Source: an uncultured Verrucomicrobiae bacterium (GTDB lineage Bacteria > Verrucomicrobiota > Verrucomicrobiia > Limisphaerales > Palsa-1400). From it: DNA of 64,000 bases. Under the pieces are notes generated by a model. That model saw only the letters and a program-made list of their open reading frames with translations, was not told the origin of the DNA and did not search any database. Positions 12,020 through 21,505 of this stretch are shown here, piece after piece; position 1 is the first letter of the stretch, and each line of letters begins with the position of its first letter. The DNA is taken from assembly GCA_963702845.1 (NCBI GenBank), contig OY969763.1, positions 224,001 through 288,000 of the forward strand. Direction: 5' to 3'. The position numbers and the translations under genes were made by a program.

Positions 12020-12485
12020 AAACTGTTTTGGTTCCGTTTACTCCTATTTAGTCCCGGTTGCTCCCGGTTTCGTCGAAGAAGATTAACCAAGGATGGACCG
12101 GAGCGCCCGGCTCGCAATAGATGAACACCGATTGGGAAAAAAATAATTTTCAATTTTACCGTGAAAAAGCGTGAAAAGGCGTGAAAAAGCGTCATGAGGC
12201 GTGTTTTTGTAACGGATTTCGCGCGAAGAACGTGAAAGACGCGGAGATCCGGAAATTTTTTTGTTAAAGGTGTGTTTTGCTATATTTAGGTGTATCTCGG
12301 TGCAGTTGGACGTGTCAAATTTGCGGTCCATTTCAGATGGTGAGGCGGTTGTAACTGGCTCGCTAATAATCATTTCGGTGTTCGTAAAGTGGTTATGTGA
12401 ATAAAATTTTTATGGGCAAATTTGATGACAAGTCATGACAAACGAGGACTTGTTATGACTTTCTGTGACCGGGTGATGACAAAAC
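12020..12485. repeat. Four blocks of degenerate 10-bp-period repeats, each preceded by an A/T tract
   Basis: 12031-12070 (xTCCxxxTTx-like x4), 12160-12209 (CGTGAAAAAG-like x5), 12268-12307 (AGGTGTATTT-like x4), 12425-12480 (ATGAC-cored x6). Confidence 0.75.
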
Positions 12486-12621
12486 GAGATAGTTCGAAGC
12501 GAAAGGTGATCGCAAACGGCAGCCAAGAGCGTGGGAGAGCCGCGCTTTGTGCAGTAAGGTTTTCGGCTAACGGCTGATTGTTTTCTTTATGTTGTATTGT
12601 TCGCATTTGCTCAGGGTGTAA

Positions 12622-12674
12622 AAACTTCAAAATTCAAACTCCGAGCTCCAGGGAAACTTCAAAATCCAAACTTC
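12622..12674. repeat. Heptamer tandem repeat (AAACTTC-like)
   Basis: aaacttc aaaattc aaactcc gagctcc aggg aaacttc aaaatcc aaacttc. Confidence 0.75.
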
Positions 12675-12773
12675 ACAGGATTCAGGACGGGTCCTTGATG
12701 AATCTCTAACTTGAAACTTCTGGACGAGATGATTGGTTGTTACGTTTTCTGCATCAGTGGCATTTAAGTATAG

Positions 12774-14219
12774 ATGCAGGAACTCGACGACATCAGCCTG
12801 TTGCGGCAATACACGGAACGAAATTCCGAGGATGCCTTCGCCGTGATCGTCGCCCGGCATGTCAACAAAGTCTATTCGGTGGCTTTGCGTTACAGTCGCA
12901 ATTCGCATCAAGCCGAGGAAATCACACAAGCCGTTTTCGTCGTTCTCGCGAAGAAGGCTCATACGTTGAACTCGCGAGTTATCCTATCCGGCTGGCTGTA
13001 TGAAACCGCGCGATTAACGGCAATGACTTTCATCCGTAGCGAGATCCGTCGCGCCCGTCGCGAACAGGAAGCTCACATGCAAAACGTTTTGAATGAAAAC
13101 GAATCCGACGTGTGGCCTCAAATCGCGCCACTGCTCGACTCCGCGGTCGCCGGACTGAGCTCCACGGATAAACACGCGATCGTGCTCCGGTATTTCGATG
13201 GCAAAAGCACGAACGAAGTCGGCGTTGCCCTGGGTGTGAGTGAAGATGCGGCGAAGATGCGTTTAAGTCGTGCGGTGGAGAAGCTGCGCCGTTTCTTCAC
13301 CAAACGCGGCATTCTCGTTCCCTCTGCGGTTTTAACATCTGCAATCGCGGCTAATTCAGTTCAAGCGGCGCCCGCAACGCTGGCACAATCGGCGACCGCC
13401 GTTGCATTCGCCAAGGCTGCGACGTCTTCAACTTCAACCCTCACCCTCGTCAAAGGAGCATTAAAAATCATGGCATGGACAAAAGCAAAATCAGCAATCG
13501 TCGTCGTTGCGAGCGTGCTGCTCGCGGCGGGAACGGCCACTGTAGTAGTTAAAGAAATCACTGCACCCCGCGGTGAAGGCTGGCAGAAGAAATACGATCT
13601 GTCCGGTCTGGGAAAAGTGCGGCCCCAGGCCACGATTCTTCCTGCGATTCCTTCCCGACCCGGAGGGAGCTGGGGGAACGGATCATACGGTCTGCTTGGT
13701 CTTGGTGTAAGAGCAATGGACGTTCTCCAATGCGCTTACGGAGGCACATTGGGACGAATGATTTTTTCCGCTCCGATTCCCGACGGGAGCTACGATTTCA
13801 TTTCCAACATCCAAAATCCACGCAAAGCTTTGCAGCAGGAAATCAGAAATAAATTCGGCCTGAGTGGCCGCCGCCAACTCATCGAAACAAATGTGTTGGT
13901 GTTGACCGTCCGAACCCGCAACGCCGCCGGATTAAAACCCAGTTCCGTTTCAGGAAAGGGCGGTTATGCCAATCGAGATAGAAGCACTGGTTCGTACCAA
14001 TGCACGCGTCAACCGATCTTAAACTTAGTCGAATTTCTCGAAGATTACCTTGGAACTCCCGTGGTCGATCGAACGGGATTAACAGGCGCCTTTGACCTCC
14101 ATCTTGTGGGTGATTCGACACCGGAGGGGTTAAAACATTCCGTGTTCAACGAACTTGGCCTGGAACTCGTCCCGACCCACGATTCCATCGAATACCTCAT
14201 CATCGAAAAAGCGAACTGA
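12774..14219 (+). CDS. ECF sigma-70 factor fused to a transmembrane segment and a TIGR03435-like C-terminal domain
   Basis: AEEITQAVFVVL (region 2), AAKMRLSRAVEKLR (region 4), MAWTKAK-TM linker, PVVDRTGLTGAFD...LGLELVP. Confidence 0.88.
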   Translation: MQELDDISLLRQYTERNSEDAFAVIVARHVNKVYSVALRYSRNSHQAEEITQAVFVVLAKKAHTLNSRVILSGWLYETARLTAMTFIRSEIRRARREQEAHMQNVLNENESDVWPQIAPLLDSAVAGLSSTDKHAIVLRYFDGKSTNEVGVALGVSEDAAKMRLSRAVEKLRRFFTKRGILVPSAVLTSAIAANSVQAAPATLAQSATAVAFAKAATSSTSTLTLVKGALKIMAWTKAKSAIVVVASVLLAAGTATVVVKEITAPRGEGWQKKYDLSGLGKVRPQATILPAIPSRPGGSWGNGSYGLLGLGVRAMDVLQCAYGGTLGRMIFSAPIPDGSYDFISNIQNPRKALQQEIRNKFGLSGRRQLIETNVLVLTVRTRNAAGLKPSSVSGKGGYANRDRSTGSYQCTRQPILNLVEFLEDYLGTPVVDRTGLTGAFDLHLVGDSTPEGLKHSVFNELGLELVPTHDSIEYLIIEKAN

Positions 14220-14290
14220 CCACAACCGCTGTTGGATTGCTTTCATTGACAGCGGAATTACCCTCGGATCGCTGAAGCGGGAAACATTTC

Positions 14291-15076
14291 ATGCGGAGAG
14301 CGTTCATCATGATCCGTAATCACAAAAGAGGCAAAAGTCCGCAGACGGGCGGCATAGCGTTCACGTTGATCGAGCTTTTGGTCGTTATCGCAATCATTGC
14401 TATTCTTGCTGCTCTGCTTTTACCGGTTCTATCCAGCGCAAAAGCAAAGGCGAAGCGAACGGCCTGCTTGAACAACCTGACGCAAATCAATCGCGGACTG
14501 CGTATGTATTGCGATGACCACAACGACAAGTCGCCCGCACTTGGCGCGATCACGTTTATCAATTACAGGGAGGTTGTGAAAAGTTACGTCGGTTTGAATG
14601 GGCCGTCGTCGTCGCAGGACAGAGTTTTTGCCTGTCCGGCAGACACATTTTACTATGACGAAACTTCCGTTACCTATGTGCCGAAGGGCCATCACGAACA
14701 AATGGCTTATGATTTTTCGAGCTATTCGTTTAATGGGCTGAATTTGCTGACAAATTTCGCCGCGAGCCGCTTCGGTGTGACATTGCCAGGGATTGGCGGG
14801 CGTTCATTTAGTTCGATCAAAGATCCGACAAAAACGGTCTTGATTGCGGAATCTGCGGCGCTGCTTCCCTATTCGTGGCATGAGCCGAGAACACCTTCCA
14901 CCGGTCAACCGCCCGTTTTCAATGATTCCAAAGACGCGGTCAGTTTTGTGGACGGTCATGTTAACTATATCAAAATGTATTGGAACAGCACGCTTCGCTA
15001 TCCAGATGGATCTGGATCCCTTGCTGCTTATTACGACCCACCTGCCGGATATGAATACAAATGGAGCGGCGATTAG
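14291..15076 (+). CDS. Prepilin-type N-terminal cleavage/methylation protein with H-X9-DG-like C-terminus
   Basis: [29 protein letters not shown]...[13 protein letters not shown]. Confidence 0.9.
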   Translation: MRRAFIMIRNHKRGKSPQTGGIAFTLIELLVVIAIIAILAALLLPVLSSAKAKAKRTACLNNLTQINRGLRMYCDDHNDKSPALGAITFINYREVVKSYVGLNGPSSSQDRVFACPADTFYYDETSVTYVPKGHHEQMAYDFSSYSFNGLNLLTNFAASRFGVTLPGIGGRSFSSIKDPTKTVLIAESAALLPYSWHEPRTPSTGQPPVFNDSKDAVSFVDGHVNYIKMYWNSTLRYPDGSGSLAAYYDPPAGYEYKWSGD

Positions 15077-15238
15077 CTCAAACGACTGCCAGGCAAAAAC
15101 TTCAAAAGAAATTTCAGCGGATTAAGACGGGTCGAGTCGGGTTTCTGTGCGCTCGTGACCCGCAACGAGAGCGCGAAAGACGACGCGTTTGGAAAGAGCG
15201 GCACGGGGTCGATCCTTACTGTTGACAACTCGCACGTT

Positions 15239-15745
15239 TCAAACTGTTTCTAATCTGAAATTCTTTTCGGACTCCAAATTCAGCAGGAAGGCTTTGACGG
15301 TGAGCCCTCCGGCAAAGCCCGTAAGTTTGCCATTAGCGCCGATGACACGGTGGCACGGAGCTACGATTGAAATTGGATTTTTGCCGTTGGCGGCACCGAC
15401 TGCCCGGGCCAATGATGGGTCACCCAGTAGTTTCGCAAGCTGGCCGTAAGTGCGCGTTTCCCCGTATGGGATGGTGAGCAAGGCCTGCCATACTTGCTTA
15501 TTGAAATCAGTGCCGGTGAAATCCAAAGGCAAAGCGAATTTCTTGCGAGTTCCGGCAAAGTATTCCGTTAGTTGCTTTTCGGCTTCGCAAAGTACGGGAT
15601 GATCGTTTCCCACAACAGCGGAGTTTAGGTGGGGAACGCGCCGGCTCTTGTCATTTTCCCACAAAATGCCAGCAAGGCCACGAGTGCTTGCAACGAGCTT
15701 CAATTTCCCAACTGGTGAGGGCATCGTCTTGTAAACGTAGTTCAT
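15239..15745 (-). CDS. ogt: Methylated-DNA-protein-cysteine methyltransferase
   Basis: IPYGETRTY, RAVGAANGKNPISIVAPCHRVIG; GAGAGGA RBS upstream of ATG 15745. Confidence 0.95.
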   Translation of the reverse strand: MNYVYKTMPSPVGKLKLVASTRGLAGILWENDKSRRVPHLNSAVVGNDHPVLCEAEKQLTEYFAGTRKKFALPLDFTGTDFNKQVWQALLTIPYGETRTYGQLAKLLGDPSLARAVGAANGKNPISIVAPCHRVIGANGKLTGFAGGLTVKAFLLNLESEKNFRLETV

Positions 15746-15801
15746 ATTCATTCCTCTCGGTTCTTTATCCATGCACATCATGCATCAGGCTTGAATATAA
15801 C

Positions 15802-15857
15802 GCTGGCCGTTTTCGGACATGATATTGAATAAAATTGAATGTCCGAAAATGGCGAGC
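15802..15857. promoter_or_regulatory. Inverted pair of putative Ada-type operator sites in the ogt/ada-alkA divergent promoter
   Basis: gccgttttcggacat (15806-15820) and atgtccgaaaatggc (15839-15853) are 14/15 reverse-complementary. Confidence 0.6.
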
Positions 15858-15873
15858 AGAGGTTCGTCGGATA

Positions 15874-17358
15874 ATGAATATTGAGAACGTGAACGATCAA
15901 TCAGAACCGAAAAAGATAGAGCATAATGCGGCATACAAGGCACTCACGTCCCGCGACCCGCGGTTTGACGGCGTCTTTTTTGTCGGCGTCACCTCGACTG
16001 GTATTTATTGCCGTCCGATCTGCCCGGTCAAAACGCCGATGCAGAAGAATTGCCGTTTCTTCGAAACAGCAGAGGCGGCTGAAAAGAATGGCTTCCGACC
16101 ATGTTTGCGTTGCCGCCCGGAATTAGCGCCTGGGGCTGCGCCGGTCGATGACGCCCGGCGTATCGCGCATTTGATTGCTCATCGCATCGCGGAAGGATTG
16201 GCTGACGATGGAGCGAGCCTTGAAGAGATCGCGGCGCAATTCGATTTGAGCTCGCGTCAGTTGCGGCGAATCGTGCAAAAGGAGATTGGGGTTTCGCCCG
16301 TTGAATTGCTTCAAACGCGTCGTCTGTTGCTGGCCAAGCAACTGCTGACCGAAACGAAGTTGCCGATTATCGAAATTGCGTTTGCCAGCGGTTTCTCGTC
16401 GTTGCGCCGCTTCAACGATTCCTTCAACAAACATTACCGGATGCCGCCATCACGCTTGCGTAAAGAAGCGGCGATGAGGCAAATCACCGCTGCGGTCACC
16501 GACACGTCGACCCTGCAACTCGCCTACCGGCCACCATACGACTGGCAGAGCATCCTTGAGTTCCTTCGCACGCGTCAGATCAAGGAGGTCGAGCACATTA
16601 CAGACGAGTTTTACGCGCGAACGGTGCGACTTGGCAAACATAGCGGTTGGATCAAGGTGACGCATTCCCCCGAAAAGCGCTCGTTATTCGTGGAGGTCGC
16701 CTCGTCGCTGACGCCGGTACTGCCAGCGTTGTTGGGGCGCTTGCGTAATCTGTTCGATCTTTCCGCGAGGCCGGACGTCATTGCCGGACATTTGAAAAAA
16801 GATGAGCGTCTCAAAGCAGGCATCATCAAACATCCCGGTTTGCGCGTGCCGGGAGCGTTTGACGGCTTTGAGATGGCGGTGCGAGCGATTCTTGGCCAGC
16901 AAATCACCGTCAAGGCGGCGACGACTGTCGCATGCCGATTCGTGGAAGCATTTGGTGCACGAATCGTTACACCGTTTACCGAACTTTCACGGCTATCACC
17001 TACTGCGGAGCGTGTTGCCAAAGCGACTGTAGATGACGTCGCGAAACTTGGGATTATCAGCGCTCGCGCCAGAAGCATTTTAGCGTTAGCCAAGGCGCAC
17101 GCTGCGGGAGAATTGCAGTTGGACGCCGGACTTAATCCGGAAAAAGCGATTCAGCAACTGGTGAGTTTGCCCGGCTTCGGCCAATGGACGGCGCATTACA
17201 TCGCCATGCGGGCTCTACGCTGGCCAGACGCATTCCCAAAAGAGGACGTTGCACTACGCAACAAACTTGGCGGTATCACGGCGAAGAAGGCTGAGGAAAT
17301 GTCGCAAGCATGGCGTCCCTGGCGCAGCTACGCGGTGTTGCATATTTGGAAAAGCTGA
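15874..17358 (+). CDS. alkA: Ada Zn-domain/AraC HTH fused to AlkA 3-methyladenine DNA glycosylase
   Basis: TGIYCRPIC...FRPCLRCRP, AFASGFSSLRRFN, RAILGQQI, LPGFGQWTAHYIAMR, WRPWRSYA. Confidence 0.93.
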   Translation: MNIENVNDQSEPKKIEHNAAYKALTSRDPRFDGVFFVGVTSTGIYCRPICPVKTPMQKNCRFFETAEAAEKNGFRPCLRCRPELAPGAAPVDDARRIAHLIAHRIAEGLADDGASLEEIAAQFDLSSRQLRRIVQKEIGVSPVELLQTRRLLLAKQLLTETKLPIIEIAFASGFSSLRRFNDSFNKHYRMPPSRLRKEAAMRQITAAVTDTSTLQLAYRPPYDWQSILEFLRTRQIKEVEHITDEFYARTVRLGKHSGWIKVTHSPEKRSLFVEVASSLTPVLPALLGRLRNLFDLSARPDVIAGHLKKDERLKAGIIKHPGLRVPGAFDGFEMAVRAILGQQITVKAATTVACRFVEAFGARIVTPFTELSRLSPTAERVAKATVDDVAKLGIISARARSILALAKAHAAGELQLDAGLNPEKAIQQLVSLPGFGQWTAHYIAMRALRWPDAFPKEDVALRNKLGGITAKKAEEMSQAWRPWRSYAVLHIWKS

Positions 17359-17381
17359 ACGAATCGAAAAGTCGTCGAACG

Positions 17382-17599
17382 CTACTTCAACCGCCAGGTA
17401 ATCCGCCCTTTTGTCAGGTCATAAGGCGAATCTCCATTCGGACCCTGTCGCCCGCGGTCAACCGCACCCAGCGCTTACGCATTTTGCCGCAGATATGCGC
17501 CAAAACTTCATGCTTATTATTGTCTAACGTCACCCGAAACATCGTGCCCGGCAACACGACCTTGATCGTTCCTTCTACTTCCAAATGTTGTTCACTCAT
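17382..17599 (-). CDS. infA: Translation initiation factor IF-1 (one-base deletion near 17432)
   Basis: LEVEGTIKVVLPGTMFRV...LAHICGKMRKRWVRLTAGDRV; shifted frame gives PYDLTKGRITWRLK*. Confidence 0.92.
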
Positions 17600-17630
17600 A
17601 ATTAAAAAACCGCACCGCACCGCTCGACTG

Positions 17631-17667
17631 AAAAAGAAAAGAGCGGGACCGAGAACGATCCCGCTCG
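17631..17667 (-). terminator. Intrinsic terminator after the RRM gene
   Basis: gagcggga...tcccgctc stem with adjacent A run (U tract on the minus strand). Confidence 0.6.
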
Positions 17668-17697
17668 TGAAATGAGTCTAAAAAGGATTAGTCAGAA

Positions 17698-18006
17698 TTA
17701 ACGGCGCGAATAACCGCCACCGCCACCGCCACCGCCACGTGAACCGCCGCCGCCGCCTTCTTCACGGGGGCGAGCTTCGTTGACAGTCAAGGGACGTCCG
17801 CCGACCATTTTGCCGGAGAGCTCTTTGATCGCCGCTGCAGCGCCTTCAGCTGTGCCCATGGTGACGAAACCAAAGCCACGAGGGCGATTGGTCATGCGAT
17901 CCATGATCAGGGCCACTTCAGTGACCGGTCCGCAAGCTTCGAACATCTCGCGCAATTGATTTTCAGTGGTGTCGAAGGAAAAATTTCCAACGTATAATTT
18001 ACTCAT
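17698..18006 (-). CDS. RRM RNA-binding protein with Gly-rich tail
   Basis: KLYVGNF (RNP2), RPRGFGFV (RNP1), LTVNEARPRE. Confidence 0.95.
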   Translation of the reverse strand: MSKLYVGNFSFDTTENQLREMFEACGPVTEVALIMDRMTNRPRGFGFVTMGTAEGAAAAIKELSGKMVGGRPLTVNEARPREEGGGGGSRGGGGGGGGYSRR

Positions 18007-18268
18007 GATAATTTGATAGATACCACGCGTTCTTCCTGGACTGTACCCGACGATCGGGTTTTCAAATCCCCACTGAAGTTCATTCACCCCGCGATTACCA
18101 TGCCCCGAGAAATCAAACAGCGTATCTAATTCACCCACAAAGTGACACCACTTCTCAAAATAGCCAGCGCTATTTTCAAGCACCAGCGACTCGGCGGGAG
18201 CCTCGCACTACCACTCACGGTTGCCGCCACGCGGCAAAGGCGAATGGTTAGATGCTTGTCCGGCAAGG

Positions 18269-18811
18269 TTATTTCGTTGTCATCGGTTGGAATTTGAACT
18301 TTTGACCACCGACAGCGGCTTCTGCCATCAGTCCCTTTCTGGCTAATGTGAAGATGGCGACTCCATTGTCATACTTCGCAACCTTGGATGCTCCTGCCGA
18401 AGCTGCCACGGCGCTGACTCCCGCACGCATCTCAAAATTGCCGCTCTTGAAGTCATTGAGCGCAGTCTGATTTTGGAAAATGATGAGTTCCGAATACGAT
18501 TGTCCGCCCGCCTGGGCGCCAATGGTGGCCTGAGTCATTGTCGCTCGTCCGGTGACTTTGCCTTGTTCGAAAACACAGCCTTTGCCACGAGCGCCGCCAA
18601 CGATGAATCCGCCTTTACCCACGTTTGGAAATACCGCGCAGCCAGCCGAACTGTCGATCAGACTTTGTATTCCCGGATCCGTGGACCTGAAGTTCGCGAG
18701 CGCTTGTTCACAATCAGCGGGCGTGTCTTCAGCAGCTTGAACGGTAAAAACGGAAAGTGCGGTTGCTGCAGCAAAAGCAACCACTGCCATATTATACATT
18801 TTTCTTTTCAT
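18269..18811 (-). CDS. Secreted Ysc84/SYLF-like lipid-binding protein
   Basis: Signal peptide; AVFPNVGKGGFIVGGARGKG, GAQAGGQ, GLMAEAAVGGQKF. Confidence 0.85.
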   Translation of the reverse strand: MKRKMYNMAVVAFAAATALSVFTVQAAEDTPADCEQALANFRSTDPGIQSLIDSSAGCAVFPNVGKGGFIVGGARGKGCVFEQGKVTGRATMTQATIGAQAGGQSYSELIIFQNQTALNDFKSGNFEMRAGVSAVAASAGASKVAKYDNGVAIFTLARKGLMAEAAVGGQKFKFQPMTTK

Positions 18812-19097
18812 AGCTTTCTTTATCCTCCTGTTGTGTCCATTCCCGTTTTGTTTTATCCGTTCCCGACCTCGTTCGTTGCGCGACGGACTGAGCACAACGA
18901 ATTCCAAATGAGAGCAGTTTCCTTTGCGTAGGTCGCTCGGCAACCGCTCGATTCATTCAATCCCCTCAGCCCCAATTTCATCGGAATTTGTTGCCGCGCA
19001 ATTAGGCGAATAGCCGAAGTTGCCATCAACAAGCGGATGAACCGCAGAGGCACTCGTTCCAATGCATGAACGCGCAGCGTGAGTGTTCTCCGGCTCG

Positions 19098-19601
19098 TTA
19101 TTGCTCAGCAGTCAGACTCGCTGCCAATTGGGAAAGGGCGGTTTTCAATTGGGCTTTGGTGAAGGCGGATTTGATTTTGGCGATGGCTTCGTTGGCGAGG
19201 AGGTCGCAGCGTTCGTTGCCGGTGTGGCCAGCGTGGCCTTTGACCCATTGCCACTTCACTTTGTGCTGTGCTACGGCGAGGTCAAGGGCGCGCCAGAGGT
19301 CGGAGTTTTTGACGGGTTGTTTGGTTTTGGTCCGCCAGCCGTTTCGTTTCCAACCGGCCAGCCAACTGGTGACGCCGCTTTTCAAGTAGGTGGAGTCGGT
19401 GAAGAATTCGACGTCGCACGGTTCTTTGAGGGCGCTGAGGGCTTCGATGGCGGCCTGAAGCTCCATGCGGTTGTTGGTGGTGGCAGGTTCACCACCGCTG
19501 AGTTCGCGCATGTGCGGGCCGTATGTAAGGGTCGCCGCCCAGCCGCCGGGGCCCGGATTGCCGTGGCAACCGCCGTCGGTGTGGATGACGACTTTTTTCA
19601 T
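19098..19601 (-). CDS. rnhA: Ribonuclease HI
   Basis: [42 protein letters not shown]. Confidence 0.96.
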   Translation of the reverse strand: MKKVVIHTDGGCHGNPGPGGWAATLTYGPHMRELSGGEPATTNNRMELQAAIEALSALKEPCDVEFFTDSTYLKSGVTSWLAGWKRNGWRTKTKQPVKNSDLWRALDLAVAQHKVKWQWVKGHAGHTGNERCDLLANEAIAKIKSAFTKAQLKTALSQLAASLTAEQ

Positions 19602-19794
19602 GTGGGGAGTTTGCAGAAATTTTGGAACAAAGAAATTAGGAAAGAAGGTTTTGGACTAGAAAATTGCACGAGTCGAGGGGACGAATGCTACCGGATTAGA
19701 CAAGTGGTTTTAAAGTGACTGGTGAGGAATGTGGGAACTTCTGCGTTGGCCACACCTCATACAGATACTGCCTGATGAGAAAGGAAACCTTGGT

Positions 19795-20559
19795 ATGCGC
19801 GGCAAGAGCAATTTTTTATCGCTTTTAATGGGGAGCGGACTGGCGATGTTTTTCGCAACGGATTCCGCGCACGCCACTTTCCACTTGTGGAGCGTTACCG
19901 AGCTGTATTCCAGCGCAGATGGTTCGGTGCAATTTATCGAGCTGTCCACGACGGCAACCCTTGAGAATGCGCTGGCAGGACATGTAATCAGTTGTAATGG
20001 GCCGCAAGGGACTCACACGTTCACCTTTCCCAGCAACCTGTCGACGACTGATACAGCTAATAAGACGTTCCTGATCGGGACAACTAACCTGGCGCATATA
20101 CCGGGCGGGGTTACGCCAGACTACGTTTTTACGAACACGACGCCGTTCCTATTTATCAACGGCAGTTCGGCCATTACGGTCGGCATCGTTGGTTCGCTCG
20201 AACCACCTGCCGTCTATACGAACCTTCCGACGGATGGCAGCTTGTCGTTAAATGGTTCGTCCAGCAACCTGACGGCTGCCGTTAATACGCCGAAGAATTT
20301 CAACAGCCAATCCAACACGATCGTGCCGGTCAAATTCTCGTCCGACAATGTCGTCGGGACGAATTTCGTGATGACATTTCCCACGGCGAAGGGTGTGAAT
20401 GGCAGCTCTGGAACCAATTATAACGTGGACTTCAAAAACTCGCTATCGGATGCGACCTGGACCCTGCTCACGACGGTGATCGGCGACGGAACGAGCAAAT
20501 CGGTCACGAACGCAATTTCTACCGCACTACAGCGGAGTTATCGGCTGCACGCCCCGTAG
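19795..20559 (+). CDS. Secreted protein (AHA-TFHLW..ELYS..DGSVQFIEL N-terminal domain) with beta-rich C-terminal domain
   Basis: Signal peptide ending AHA; C-terminus ...W...RSYRL. Confidence 0.7.
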   Translation: MRGKSNFLSLLMGSGLAMFFATDSAHATFHLWSVTELYSSADGSVQFIELSTTATLENALAGHVISCNGPQGTHTFTFPSNLSTTDTANKTFLIGTTNLAHIPGGVTPDYVFTNTTPFLFINGSSAITVGIVGSLEPPAVYTNLPTDGSLSLNGSSSNLTAAVNTPKNFNSQSNTIVPVKFSSDNVVGTNFVMTFPTAKGVNGSSGTNYNVDFKNSLSDATWTLLTTVIGDGTSKSVTNAISTALQRSYRLHAP

Positions 20560-20568
20560 TTTATAACG

Positions 20569-21285
20569 TTAGTAGCGCCAGTGGCCGCCGCGATGGTACC
20601 AACCATGACCGCCATGGACCCAAACGCCGCCGACCCACACTGCTCCGGGGCGAGGACCGCGGAGCCAATGGCCAGGTGCCCAAACCCAGCGTCCGTGCCA
20701 GACCCATTCGCCGCCGGCCCAAACGTAATCGGGGCCGGGCGCCACGTAGACGGTCTCAGATTGCGGTGGTGGCGGCGGTGCATTGACGACTTCCGGCTCG
20801 GGTGCTGCTTGCGGGCCGTTGGCGGTGTTGATCATGAAGTTGATGACGTTTTGGCTGACGCCGGCGTTATGGAGGTCGATGATGTCGGGGGCGCTCAGAT
20901 GATAAATGGAGCGGGTGCTTCGGATTTGGCTGATGATGACGTCCTCGGGCACGCCGGAAGCGACCATGGCTTTGATGTCGTTCGGGTAAAGCGGTTGGGC
21001 TTGTTCGATTCGTCGGTAGGTTTGCGGTGCCTGGGCGCGAAGGCGAGCGCGTTCGTCCTGGTCCATGGCGTTGCCAACGATCGCGCCGGTGGCCGCGCCG
21101 AATGCGCCTCCGATCAGCGCTGCTTCACCAGCATGGCGGCCGCCAAGCAATGCTCCGAGGGCAGCTCCACCGCCCGCGCCGATCAGCGCGCCGCTGCCTG
21201 TGTGGTTGACGGTGCCGTTTGGGTTTTCACAGCCAGTGAAAATTAGGCCCGCTGCGGCTAGGAAAGTGAGTGCAGAATTCTTCAT
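20569..21285 (-). CDS. Glycine-zipper lipoprotein with YXWGXW-like repeats
   Basis: Lipobox FTGC, GALIGAGGGAALGA zipper, YVWAGGEWVW..WVWAPGHW. Confidence 0.85.
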   Translation of the reverse strand: MKNSALTFLAAAGLIFTGCENPNGTVNHTGSGALIGAGGGAALGALLGGRHAGEAALIGGAFGAATGAIVGNAMDQDERARLRAQAPQTYRRIEQAQPLYPNDIKAMVASGVPEDVIISQIRSTRSIYHLSAPDIIDLHNAGVSQNVINFMINTANGPQAAPEPEVVNAPPPPPQSETVYVAPGPDYVWAGGEWVWHGRWVWAPGHWLRGPRPGAVWVGGVWVHGGHGWYHRGGHWRY

Positions 21286-21505
21286 ATATAATGTGCGGAC
21301 ATGAATGTCGTTGTTCCATTAGACAGCGCAACCAGTGGAGACATTCAATTCGCGCAACGGGTTTGCCCTGAGGCCGTTGTGCGGAGCTTGATCCAGAACA
21401 AGAAAGACTAATCTTGCGACTCGCCTTGCAGCGACGATTAGGATTAACTTTTGCGGCGGACGACGCAGCGCGATCGTCCCTACCTTGAAATCGACTTATT
21501 AATTT

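Noticed and set aside
12020..12485. CRISPR array
   Set aside because: No constant 23-47 bp repeat with unique spacers and no cas genes; the units are tandem 10-mers.
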